From an uncultured Candidatus Saccharibacteria bacterium (GTDB taxonomy: Bacteria; Patescibacteriota; Minisyncoccia; Phycocordibacterales; UBA918), in the NCBI GenBank assembly GCA_964402035.1, contig CAYOAM010000001.1, forward strand, positions 307,558 to 371,557: a stretch of DNA of 64,000 nucleotides. Direction: 5' to 3'. Below are positions 29,539-39,298 of this stretch, piece after piece (the stretch's first letter is position 1; each line of letters opens with the position of its first letter). Below the pieces are notes generated by a model. It searched no databases and had not been told where the DNA came from. It was given only the letters and a program-made list of their open reading frames with translations. The translations under genes were made by a program, and so were the position numbers.

Positions 29539-32500
29539 TTAGTAATCAACATTTACATTGATTGGTTTGTTCCAAGTATTGTTAAACCATTTATGGAACG
29601 AGTTATTATTACTGGTCAAATCAATACATCCTGCCGAACCCGCGGTCCAGCCTCCATGAATATAATATCCAGTATCTCCGCTTGAATTACTTAATTCAGT
29701 CCGTTGGGTTCCCCAAGCGGCAGGACCTCCTGGCCAAGGCCCAATTTTTCCCCCTATGAGTGGTATATTTTGAGTGATTCCGCTTACTAGTGAGCCAGCT
29801 TTCCTTGCACCAGAAACGTCAGCCCAATTCTGTGTTTTGTTAGGGTCGGCACTCCATATTCCCTCTGGAATTGGATCATTCCCACTATTCCCAGAAACCC
29901 CTTCCCAACTAAGCCCAGGCATAGCAATACCGTACGAGGTATCGTATGCAGAGAGAGTCTTATTATCAAAATTTAATTCAAGATTCTGGCCAGGAAGAAT
30001 AATATAATTTCCGGCTTTAATTTTGTCTGGGTTGTTTATTCCATTAGCTTTAGCAATTTGACTGATTCCTAGTGATGTTCCATACTTTTCGTTTATCTGC
30101 TTTTGGATATGCGTAAGTGTATCTCCTTTTTCAATTTCTCCTGAATCAACATTAAATAATCCAAGTGGGTCTATAAATCTGAGAGGGTTATTTCTGCTAT
30201 ATGCATAGTAATTAAATTGTTGAGGGTCGTACAGAAATGTTTCTGGACTCTGCTGACTCACTGGATCCTGCGCAGTGAACCGTCCTGTGCTTCCATCATA
30301 ATACCGTGCCCCCATGTACGTGAGACTTGTCTCTTCGTCATACTGGTGCCCTGTATATCGATTCGTTTGTGTAAAGGAACTGGAGGTTGTGGTACCCACA
30401 AATCGTATCTCATCTAAGTATACCGTCTGGGTGGTAGCAGATTCAATGTTGAGTGCAAGGGTGTTGTTGTATGCACTGATACCAAGGTCTGAGAGTGGTA
30501 TAGATACCTGTTGCCAGGTGTTGGTCTCAAAACCGAGAGGAAGATAGTCTTCAATGACACGATTTTGGATGACTTGACCAAGGTGATTGGTGAAGTATAT
30601 ATCAAGCTCTCCGGTGTTCGTGCCCATATAGAGCCAGAATGAGAGGGTGCTGTATGGAGTGGTGTTGAAGGATGATGGGTGTGTATATGAGATACCTCCC
30701 CATGGAGACGTGTATTGGGCTTTGAGGCTGTGGGTACCTGCCGATACTGGAGTGGTGGCGTTTGAGAGGGTGACACTCCACGAACCTCCATCGGTCCATG
30801 GTGAAGTGAGAGAGTCTGCATAGAGGTATGAAGATGTGGTGGTGTCTCCTCCCCCTTCATCGAGACGTTGGCTGCCGAAGGGATAGTATGCGAGGAGGGT
30901 GGTGAGGTATCCGTCGGTGTCGGTTTGTGCTTGGGTGCTGCCGAGGTGATCGAGGTGAGTGTGGTATGTGCTTGCAGATCCGCCTGTGCCAGAGACTGAT
31001 GCTATGAGGGTGTCACCTGCATAAATATGTTTGGTTGCAGATGAGCCATACTCATAGAGATTTGATGGATAGAATGTCGTGCCAGAAGGACCGGTCTTTT
31101 GCGTACGTTGTCCGGTGTGGTCGTATGCATAGGTGACGGTCGTGCCACTTGATACACTTTGCGTGAGGCGATTTTGGTAGTTCCAGGTGTTCGCAAGACC
31201 TGCGCTAGTTGACGCAAGGTTTCCGTTGGTATCGTATGCATAGGTAACTCCGTTGATACTCGTTGCCGCATGAGGGTTCGCATAATTGCTTCCGGTATTG
31301 CCGCTATAGGTGTATGCACCAACATCTGATTTTGAAGTGATGTTGCCGATAGCGTTGTATACGTATGTCTGCGTGTATGGTGTGCTGCTTGCGCCGGTTG
31401 TCGAGGCACTGGTGAGGCGGTAGAGGTCATCGTATGTGTATGTGGTGGTTGCAGCACCATGGGTATCGGAGCGATCCACGATTTGGGTTATGTTCCCGAC
31501 GGCGTCATAGGTGTATGAGAGATTTTGGACTGTCGCTGCATAGTATGGATACGTGAGTGTCGTTGAAGTACCACTTCCGGTACTTGAAGCAAGTACAAAT
31601 GTGGAAGTTGTGGTACTCCATGCACCTTCTGCATTCCAAATGTCCCAAAACTTGATGCGCCAGTAGAATGTGGTTGACGAAGCAAGTGCTGATCCTGCGT
31701 ATGCGATATCAGGACTGCGGCCACCTTGTGCCGTGGTACTCGATAGCGTTGTTTTTGTTGAATCCCAATATGAGGAGGTGAAAGCGGATGAAGTTGAAAC
31801 TTGTATCTGGTATGAAGCTGCAGTATCGGTTGCATTGCTGTCGTTAAAGATTGCAGAAAACTCAGGGGTGCCATCGGTCACACTCGTCGGATTTGTTTGT
31901 CCTTCGGCAAGGAGAGATGATGGTGCAGTCGGTGCAGAGTTGGTAGCAGATGCAGTATAGGTAGCGTATATAGATACTTTGCGGGCGAAATATGTTGGTG
32001 AAGTTATTGGGTTTGACCAATCAGGATAGGTGATCGATTTAAGCGCGTATTGGTTTGTTGATCCTGTATCCCAATAGACTGTTGCAGAGCTGTCGTGTCC
32101 CTGCCAGAGCCAGTAGGTGGTGCCAGACGCAAGACTATAACTTGGCATGGTCATATCTACCCATGATGCAGTCGTGCCCACCCCACCGGTGACGCTTGAG
32201 GTCGCGAGCGGAGCGTTTGGTGCACCACTCGAATCAGAATAAAGTGCTGCGATTTTGTTCATGGTGCCTGCTGTCGTCTTTTTGGTATACGCAGTTATCT
32301 TGGAGAGCGTACCGTTTTCACTGTTCATAGAAAACTTTGAACCTATGTAGTTCCAGGTGTCAGCATTGGTGCCACCGATCGTACCATAGCCGAAGGTGGG
32401 ATCTACGCGTACCGGATAGGTTGCGGTATCTAGATACTCTTGCGGGACAATCACGCGCAGTGCCCCTTTCTCATACGAGAGTGATCCCCAGACCGCCACA

Positions 32501-35500
32501 CCTTTTGCGTCAACAATCTTCGGGCGGAAAATATGAAAGACTTTTCCCGATTTAAATTCCCCATCTTTCTTTTCTTTGTGGTACACGGCGTATGAACCCA
32601 CAATATTTTCCGGGCGACGTACAACCACGACACCTTCTGCGTCTGTACATGCAGTTTCGGTGCATGAGAGTTTTTCTTCGAAAGTTTCTTCGGTCAGAGG
32701 TGGCTGGTACAAAAAGTCGAGATCGTCGGTTCCTGAAAGTGTAAAGGTGAATGTATTTTTTTGTGGTTTCTCATCGAGGACCACTTCAATCTCAAAACCA
32801 CCCGCCTCCATACCTTCTCGGGGAGCAAGTGGGTACGCCTCAACCGATTCGCTTCCCCCATCCCATTCCACAACGTTTCGTAATGGAGAATAATATGGGA
32901 CCGCAAACGGAAGTTCGTAACGAACAGAAAGATCAACCGCGCCGCTCCAGGTATTTAGGCGTACTTCTGGCAGTGATTTGTCGACGTGCGCAGTGTATGT
33001 ATCAAACCTGGTATCGGCATCAGAGATAAATTGATACGTACGTGCAGTCTCGCGAGGAGTTTTCTGTGAAAGTCCATCTGGTATAAACAGTATTTCTTCC
33101 TTCAGTACCGGCTCGAGTGCTGAGTCTGTCGTCGTCGCCGTGGTGGTTCCCAATAGATCTCTTTGTACGGTTGTAGTGGTGGCAATCTCATTGGCAGTAT
33201 CTTCATGCAGTACGGTGTCGGTTGTAGTAGCATCGAGGACTTCAGGTGTCGTGGTAGGCACTGCTATGGACGGAGACTCTGCGTCGGTGAGGGAGTTTTC
33301 CAACACCTGCATTAAATCTTCAAAGTCAGGTGCGTCAGTGGTGTGTACTGCTTCATTTTCCATCTCAACCGCTCCCATAGTTTCGGTAGCATCAGCTAAG
33401 AGTGCTGCTTCCACACCACGCAGTTCATCTCCGCCTCCCCCTGTAGGTGGAGGCACCGACGTCACGATACTGGAAAGACGATAGAGCGCGTTTGCATCGT
33501 ATGTCTTTGTGGTACTTGCTCCATTGCCACGCTGTTCATAGACCACCAGTCCGGTAGGTGCATAATCAATATCGCTGATAAGTGACTGCCACGACCCACC
33601 GCTCTCTTTTTGCTGTACTTTTTCAAGCTGTCCTGCGCTGTTGTATATATATGCCACGCGTGATAGATCAGGAAAGACAATCTCGGTTTGCTGTCCTTGT
33701 CGATCGTAATCATAGGAAATGACAAAGGTCGAGGTTGCAATGGTCGTTGTCGCAAAATCTGGGAGGCTATTTGGGGTATACGCGTATGAAGTCGTTGCAG
33801 CTCCTAGACTCACTGCTTGGCACAACTGCATTTTGCCATTTGTGCAGGTGTCATAGGTATAGGTTATTTCTGTACCTGTTCCTCCGGTGTAGTTTTCTGT
33901 GAGCGGACGGTTAAGATCGTCGTATGTGCGCACTATCACCTGTCCCTTAGGATCAGTGGTGGTCGCGACATTTCCTGCAGCATCGTATGCAAAACTCCAG
34001 TTGCCAAAGGTGTTATCACTTGCTGCATGGAGATCTTGCATAGTGAGACGACGAGAGAGACCGTCATAGGTAATGGCACGTACATTCCCTAATGCGTCGG
34101 TGATTGTTGCAAGGTTGTCGTTGGTCGTCCACAGATATGCGGTCGCGTACGTACTGGTGCTGTTGTATTCAGTAGTGGTCGAGAGGCGACCAAATGCATC
34201 ATACGAGAACATCTTCTTATTGCCGATCGGATCAAAAACTGTTTCAGACCACTGGTCGTAGACCGTTGCGGTTGTGCCCACAGCAGTTGTGGAAGTTGCC
34301 ATGCGTCCAAGCGCATCATACACATAGGTTGTATACAGATTGCTTTGCGAAGTCGACGCAGTACGTGCAGAGCCAGTATCAAAGTACGGCAATGATTCCT
34401 TTTCCAAGAGTCCATTATTTCCATACACAAGATCACGTACAGCGTACTGATTGGAGTCCTCCGCCTCGACACGTGTCTGCATTTTCCTGCCAAATCCATC
34501 TGCATACTCGTATGTGTCCGTTGTCGTAGCGGTATTTAAATATGACCTTGTGTTAACCGACACCGCACCTTGTGTGTCAGTATAGGTGTATGTGGTTTTA
34601 GTAACTGGTGTTCCGGTCTGTGGGTCGGGAATCTTTTCTTCTTTCGGTCGATCAAATGCATCATAGACGATAACGGATGTACGCCCGTTTGGATCGGTCG
34701 AAGTACTTACCTTTCCACTTGAGTAATCATATGTCTGTATCGTGGTGTACCCCAATGGGTTTGTGGTAGTTGCAGGATACAAATTTAGTGCGTCATAGGT
34801 ATACGATGTAGCCTTATCACGAGCATCTTTATACTGTGTCACTAGCCCGTAACTGTTGTATGTTTTTTCTTCATCAATGTACGTACTGCCACTCACCCAC
34901 GATTCACGCTTGGTGAGATTGCCGTCGGTTACATTACCAAGGCTTTGATTGTCATAATACAAACGATCTTCTTTTATCTTGGTTGCTGCATAGTTGAGCA
35001 ATCGTTGCGATGATGGCAACCCTACGATGTACGCTGTGGTATTTGTGGCATAGGTATAGGCGACCGTGCGCTTGTCCGTATCTGAGTCAACATAGGTACC
35101 ATCCATAGAGGCATCTACACTTCCCCACTCAGTAATCGATGTTGTATTTCCATAGCTGTCATATGTAAATGACTTAGCCAGATCACGATGATCGCCATCA
35201 CCATCGTATGAAAGCACCACCTCACTAAGCGGAGAGACAAAAGTTGCATTATCGCCTCGATCAGCCTCAAGCCAATTGGTCCATTGAATATTGTATAGAT
35301 TGTTCGTACGATCAAATAAGTCAACGCGATATGATAGACCGATACGCGCAATGGCGTCTCCAGACTCATTACTGCTGGTACTATTGCCGTTCCCTTGGTG
35401 CTGATAGGTAACGGACCGCGAGAGTCCACTATTCTTCTCAACCGCACCAAAGCCAGCAAATTTTCTGTCGCGCGGACTGCTTGAGGAAAAATAAAAATCA

Positions 35501-37995
35501 CCGTCCTTATATGAGTACGTATCTGTCCATGATTCCCCAACTATCGGCTTATATGTGGTGGTCGCTACCGTCTGTAGCAACATCGGTAGGTGTGGGTTTG
35601 CAACAGAAGACGTACTTAGTCGATACTCTGGACTACCTTTGTACTCAAAATGTACCTCTCCACCTCTCTTATCAGTGGCGGTAGCAAGCATATCGGACAC
35701 CATACCACTGCCTATGTATACTGTATTCTCTAAGTAAGCATCGTAATGATCTTTGCGACTCACTAATATATCAGTGACACCGTCTCCATTTGTATCAGCA
35801 AGCCGTGCTCCACTATCATGTGCGTTTTCTCGCACAAACGGGACAGGAATTGAATACGTAAGATCTTCAGTCCAGCCATTACCTCTGTGTAGATACACCT
35901 TATTAATCACGGTACTACCATAGTGATCTGTTCTATATATAAGAATATCAACAAGACCATCACCATTTACATCTCCTAATCGTGAGCCAGAATCAATACT
36001 GTTTTCATATACAAATGGAACTGGGATCGTCCATGATGTATCCTGTGTCCAACCTGAACCGGTATTAAAATATACCTTGTTGGCCAATGTGCTTCCATTG
36101 TGATCAGTTCGGAAAATCAGGATGTCCGTGAGACCATCGCCATTAACATCAGCGAGACGCGCACCTGAATCACTTGTATTTGAATAAATAAATGGCTCTG
36201 GTAACACCCATGAAGCATTCAGACTCCATCCAGAACCGGTATTGAGATATACTTTGTTTACAAGAGTGGATCCATTGTGATCTGTGCGATACATTAAAAT
36301 ATCAGTGAGCCCATCTCCATTGGCGTCTGCGAGACGCGCACCAAGATCATATGGACCTTCTTGAAATATTTCTGGGATTATCCAAGACATATCTAAATTC
36401 CAGCTATCACCATCATTGATGTATACATTTTTGTACTCGGTCGCAGGAGACCCAAGAATTTTAAAACTTTGGAGAAGGTCAGCAAGACCATCACCATTTA
36501 CATCAACCAAATTAAATCCTTTGTCCTCACCATTTTCATAGAACAGCTCTGGCACAATAAATGTTGAGCTTGCAATCCAATCTGCTCCTGTGTTTAGGTA
36601 AACACCCTGTTGGGTGGAGCCTCCAGCCCCTGCCTCTTCGTAGCTCTGGACGATGTCAAGTAATGCATCACCGTTAACGTCAGCAAGGTAGGAACCTGCG
36701 CTGTACGTGTTATTTCTTACAAATGGCGCTGGTACTGTAGTAGAAGCTTGTACCCATGCATTACTAGATGTGCTATACGTAAAAGAGGTGTCAGGTAGCG
36801 TAGAGGAAGCAGCACTATTTAGACCAATTTCTGTTATTGTTTTTAGCAAAGAACGCCTATCATTATTTGCTGCACTATAGCTCAAATTGTATTCATGCAC
36901 TTTTGTACCACTTATAAATGTCTGTATTTTATCGACACGATACGTAGTATCAATCGGAAACTTCGAAACATGCGAGCGTGTCAAGTCGTCACGAGTTTCT
37001 CTCACAAAACGTATTTCAAAAGGACCGTCAGTGGTCCCACTGCCTGTGTAAACGATAGTGTCGGGATATATCTGACCTGCTTCCTTGTGGTACGAGTACT
37101 TGATGTAATTATCATTGGTGTCACGGATTTCTGAAACCATCCATGCGTAAACCTCACTTGTTGAGGAAGCGTTATCTTTTCGTGCATTGGTAGTGCTGCC
37201 GAAAGTGTAGACCAACCCTTGCTTGTCGGTTGCCATCCATACATTGTTGGTATACACATATTTCAAAAAGGATCCCGCATCTACCTTAGGACGATATTCA
37301 GTAGTAGACCCTACTTGAACAAGTTCACTGGAGAATGAAGAATAAAATGTTGAACTAGTACTTACGTATAGATTTTCTACGCCATGTTTGTTAAGTCGTT
37401 TTATAAACGGTATATCAATACTCCATCCAAATCCCACCCAATCAAACTCAGAAACAGCGGCACTATTGTATGAGAGGTGTATTGCAGGCGTACGATCATT
37501 TCTTCCCGGGGGAAAGGACAATGGGTATTCAAATGACAGAGATCCATCGAGCGGACTAACTAGTAGCAGATCTGTCACGAAACTACGAGTATTGCTCATT
37601 CCCTGACTTTCACTACCAGCCTCTCCACTACCCATGGCTAACGACTGTGTAATTGGCGGTTCATCTCCTATCGTTTCCACTCCATCTGATACTGAAATCT
37701 CGCTATCACCAACAGTAGAATCAGTAGCTTTCTTTGTTTTCGTTGCATCTGGCACAAGCGCTTTTACTTCGCCTGATTGAAGCAACACAGTTTCAGTCTG
37801 CGAGTTGGCTACTACTCCTGTAGCGCCACCCGCAAGAGAAGTTTGCTGTTCAGTCACTGCTATCTGTTCATCTGCAAAGACATGCACCAATGGTTGAGTC
37901 AACAAAAAAACCGCGAGGGTAAAACTCGCGGTTTTTTTCGACAAAGCAAATACAGTATTTCTTAAGAAAAGACGCCCTAAACGTCTACGATGCAT
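29539..37995 (-). CDS. giant fused TcB/TcC-like RHS (YD-repeat) polymorphic toxin with LysM + L,D-transpeptidase-fold C-terminal toxin domain (2818 aa)
   Basis: signal peptide; SpvB-like N-terminal region; 5 tandem FG-GAP-like repeats (LADVNGDGLTDIL...NTGSGW); many YD repeats (YxYDxxGR); RHS core end PxxxxDPLGL; C-terminus GDTLTHIQKQ...AGNYIILP (LysM) and YYIHGGWTAGSAGCIDL (His...GC(I)xL as in YkuD). Confidence 0.9.
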   Translation of the reverse strand: MHRRRLGRLFLRNTVFALSKKTASFTLAVFLLTQPLVHVFADEQIAVTEQQTSLAGGATGVVANSQTETVLLQSGEVKALVPDATKTKKATDSTVGDSEISVSDGVETIGDEPPITQSLAMGSGEAGSESQGMSNTRSFVTDLLLVSPLDGSLSFEYPLSFPPGRNDRTPAIHLSYNSAAVSEFDWVGFGWSIDIPFIKRLNKHGVENLYVSTSSTFYSSFSSELVQVGSTTEYRPKVDAGSFLKYVYTNNVWMATDKQGLVYTFGSTTNARKDNASSTSEVYAWMVSEIRDTNDNYIKYSYHKEAGQIYPDTIVYTGSGTTDGPFEIRFVRETRDDLTRSHVSKFPIDTTYRVDKIQTFISGTKVHEYNLSYSAANNDRRSLLKTITEIGLNSAASSTLPDTSFTYSTSSNAWVQASTTVPAPFVRNNTYSAGSYLADVNGDALLDIVQSYEEAGAGGSTQQGVYLNTGADWIASSTFIVPELFYENGEDKGFNLVDVNGDGLADLLQSFKILGSPATEYKNVYINDGDSWNLDMSWIIPEIFQEGPYDLGARLADANGDGLTDILMYRTDHNGSTLVNKVYLNTGSGWSLNASWVLPEPFIYSNTSDSGARLADVNGDGLTDILIFRTDHNGSTLANKVYFNTGSGWTQDTSWTIPVPFVYENSIDSGSRLGDVNGDGLVDILIYRTDHYGSTVINKVYLHRGNGWTEDLTYSIPVPFVRENAHDSGARLADTNGDGVTDILVSRKDHYDAYLENTVYIGSGMVSDMLATATDKRGGEVHFEYKGSPEYRLSTSSVANPHLPMLLQTVATTTYKPIVGESWTDTYSYKDGDFYFSSSSPRDRKFAGFGAVEKNSGLSRSVTYQHQGNGNSTSSNESGDAIARIGLSYRVDLFDRTNNLYNIQWTNWLEADRGDNATFVSPLSEVVLSYDGDGDHRDLAKSFTYDSYGNTTSITEWGSVDASMDGTYVDSDTDKRTVAYTYATNTTAYIVGLPSSQRLLNYAATKIKEDRLYYDNQSLGNVTDGNLTKRESWVSGSTYIDEEKTYNSYGLVTQYKDARDKATSYTYDALNLYPATTTNPLGYTTIQTYDYSSGKVSTSTDPNGRTSVIVYDAFDRPKEEKIPDPQTGTPVTKTTYTYTDTQGAVSVNTRSYLNTATTTDTYEYADGFGRKMQTRVEAEDSNQYAVRDLVYGNNGLLEKESLPYFDTGSARTASTSQSNLYTTYVYDALGRMATSTTAVGTTATVYDQWSETVFDPIGNKKMFSYDAFGRLSTTTEYNSTSTYATAYLWTTNDNLATITDALGNVRAITYDGLSRRLTMQDLHAASDNTFGNWSFAYDAAGNVATTTDPKGQVIVRTYDDLNRPLTENYTGGTGTEITYTYDTCTNGKMQLCQAVSLGAATTSYAYTPNSLPDFATTTIATSTFVISYDYDRQGQQTEIVFPDLSRVAYIYNSAGQLEKVQQKESGGSWQSLISDIDYAPTGLVVYEQRGNGASTTKTYDANALYRLSSIVTSVPPPTGGGGDELRGVEAALLADATETMGAVEMENEAVHTTDAPDFEDLMQVLENSLTDAESPSIAVPTTTPEVLDATTTDTVLHEDTANEIATTTTVQRDLLGTTTATTTDSALEPVLKEEILFIPDGLSQKTPRETARTYQFISDADTRFDTYTAHVDKSLPEVRLNTWSGAVDLSVRYELPFAVPYYSPLRNVVEWDGGSESVEAYPLAPREGMEAGGFEIEVVLDEKPQKNTFTFTLSGTDDLDFLYQPPLTEETFEEKLSCTETACTDAEGVVVVRRPENIVGSYAVYHKEKKDGEFKSGKVFHIFRPKIVDAKGVAVWGSLSYEKGALRVIVPQEYLDTATYPVRVDPTFGYGTIGGTNADTWNYIGSKFSMNSENGTLSKITAYTKKTTAGTMNKIAALYSDSSGAPNAPLATSSVTGGVGTTASWVDMTMPSYSLASGTTYWLWQGHDSSATVYWDTGSTNQYALKSITYPDWSNPITSPTYFARKVSIYATYTASATNSAPTAPSSLLAEGQTNPTSVTDGTPEFSAIFNDSNATDTAASYQIQVSTSSAFTSSYWDSTKTTLSSTTAQGGRSPDIAYAGSALASSTTFYWRIKFWDIWNAEGAWSTTTSTFVLASSTGSGTSTTLTYPYYAATVQNLSYTYDAVGNITQIVDRSDTHGAATTTYTYDDLYRLTSASTTGASSTPYTQTYVYNAIGNITSKSDVGAYTYSGNTGSNYANPHAATSINGVTYAYDTNGNLASTSAGLANTWNYQNRLTQSVSSGTTVTYAYDHTGQRTQKTGPSGTTFYPSNLYEYGSSATKHIYAGDTLIASVSGTGGSASTYHTHLDHLGSTQAQTDTDGYLTTLLAYYPFGSQRLDEGGGDTTTSSYLYADSLTSPWTDGGSWSVTLSNATTPVSAGTHSLKAQYTSPWGGISYTHPSSFNTTPYSTLSFWLYMGTNTGELDIYFTNHLGQVIQNRVIEDYLPLGFETNTWQQVSIPLSDLGISAYNNTLALNIESATTQTVYLDEIRFVGTTTSSSFTQTNRYTGHQYDEETSLTYMGARYYDGSTGRFTAQDPVSQQSPETFLYDPQQFNYYAYSRNNPLRFIDPLGLFNVDSGEIEKGDTLTHIQKQINEKYGTSLGISQIAKANGINNPDKIKAGNYIILPGQNLELNFDNKTLSAYDTSYGIAMPGLSWEGVSGNSGNDPIPEGIWSADPNKTQNWADVSGARKAGSLVSGITQNIPLIGGKIGPWPGGPAAWGTQRTELSNSSGDTGYYIHGGWTAGSAGCIDLTSNNNSFHKWFNNTWNKPINVNVDY
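30190..31025 (-). repeat. rhs homology block copy A (inside main RHS gene; source of orphan homology)
   Basis: shared with three orphan cassettes. Confidence 0.75.
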
Positions 37996-38108
37996 GATTA
38001 TTTCATAATATCAGACCTACCATGACTTTATTGAATTTATCCACATACGGTATACTATATACACATGATGCTTATTCATGACATAGTTACAACCGTTAAA
38101 ATTTATTT

Positions 38109-38567
38109 ATGTTTATTCAAATGTCAGATTCACAACGAGCTATGGTGCGGTCATACGGCACCCTTGCTGCCCGCATTCTTATGGGAGCATTATTCGTGCT
38201 TGCTGGACTTGGTAAAACCGGAGCACAATTTGCAGGTACGGTAGGGTACATCGCGGGAGCAGGTCTTCCGATGCCGGAGCTACTTGCCATACTCACGATC
38301 ATAGTAGAAATCGGTGGCGGTCTTATGATTATTCTTGGATATCGTATTGGGACTGCGGCAATCGCACTCATCGGCTTTACCCTCCTCGCATCATGGTTCT
38401 TCCACAATCCCAAGACGTGGGAAGGAAACGTTTCCCAACAGATTATGTTTATGAAAAATCTAGCGATCTGCGGCGGACTCCTCTACATGCTCGCGTATGG
38501 TCCTGGCACTGGTCCATCACTACAAAAGAAGTGTGCTCCAAAGGAAGCGTCCGGGGCAACTGCTTAG
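38109..38567 (+). CDS. DoxX family membrane protein
   Basis: ARILMGALFVLAGLGK, 4 TM, DoxX-like pattern. Confidence 0.75.
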   Translation: MFIQMSDSQRAMVRSYGTLAARILMGALFVLAGLGKTGAQFAGTVGYIAGAGLPMPELLAILTIIVEIGGGLMIILGYRIGTAAIALIGFTLLASWFFHNPKTWEGNVSQQIMFMKNLAICGGLLYMLAYGPGTGPSLQKKCAPKEASGATA

Positions 38568-38589
38568 TTATTCTTCAAAAACGAAAAAA

Positions 38590-38627
38590 ACAAAAACCAC
38601 CCGTCAGGGTGGTTTTTGTTTTTTTCA
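38590..38627. terminator. bidirectional rho-independent terminator
   Basis: ACCACCC-GTCA-GGGTGGT flanked by A-run and TTTTTGTTTTTTT. Confidence 0.65.
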
Positions 38628-38631
38628 TGAT

Positions 38632-39000
38632 CTAGAGAGAAGCAACTTCCTTGCGCCAACAGGGTGCTGATGCATTCCAAGGCTTCGTACCTTGTGCCTC
38701 ATACAGCTCACGTGCGTACGCCATGTTGCCGAAGATTTCATTGAGATTGTACCCCAACTTATCCGCCTGCTTTTGGTGATACCGACGATTGATTTGCATC
38801 ACACCGGTATCAGCATTATCAACCATCCCTCGAAGTACTGACCCATCAGCGAGTGTGTGACGAAATCGTGACTCACACTTCGCGATACTGATCATAACAG
38901 GCATATCCTCAAAATATGAGCGAACCGCCTCTTCAACTTCTTTGGGATTTGCCGTGTCGAGTTCTGCCGCATAGGCAGTTTTGGCTCCGTCCAGATTCAT
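38632..39000 (-). CDS. small lytic transglycosylase (SLT domain) protein; likely N-terminally extended to ~39090 with signal peptide and non-ATG start
   Basis: ES...GVMQIN...Y SLT motifs; in-frame upstream LILSNLLTTIALVSSFVTVPVEETAFG with no ATG before stop. Confidence 0.6.
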   Translation of the reverse strand: MNLDGAKTAYAAELDTANPKEVEEAVRSYFEDMPVMISIAKCESRFRHTLADGSVLRGMVDNADTGVMQINRRYHQKQADKLGYNLNEIFGNMAYARELYEAQGTKPWNASAPCWRKEVASL

Positions 39001-39298
39001 GTCAATGTTCCCGAATGCCGTCTCTTCAACTGGTACCGTGACGAAAGATGATACAAGCGCAATCGTCGTAAGTAGGTTGCTTAAAATAAGCCAAGGGTCT
39101 TATCTAACAAAAAATCCGGCTTTAACCGAATCTCTTACATAATAGCATATTTTGGAGAAAAGTCAATATTATTCGATGATTTTAAACCTTTGTCAAGAAA
39201 TAAAACCTATATTTTAGGCCGTATTTTGCAAAATTGACATTACAGCATTATGGTCGCCAAACTGCCTCTTCTGAAAGTCACAAAGATGGTTGAGTACT

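Noticed and set aside
22300-31100. Repeated ~0.8-kb blocks as a possible CRISPR array or DGR template/variable repeats
   Set aside because: Repeats are long, protein-coding rhs homologies with no short regular spacers and no reverse transcriptase or cas genes in the window.
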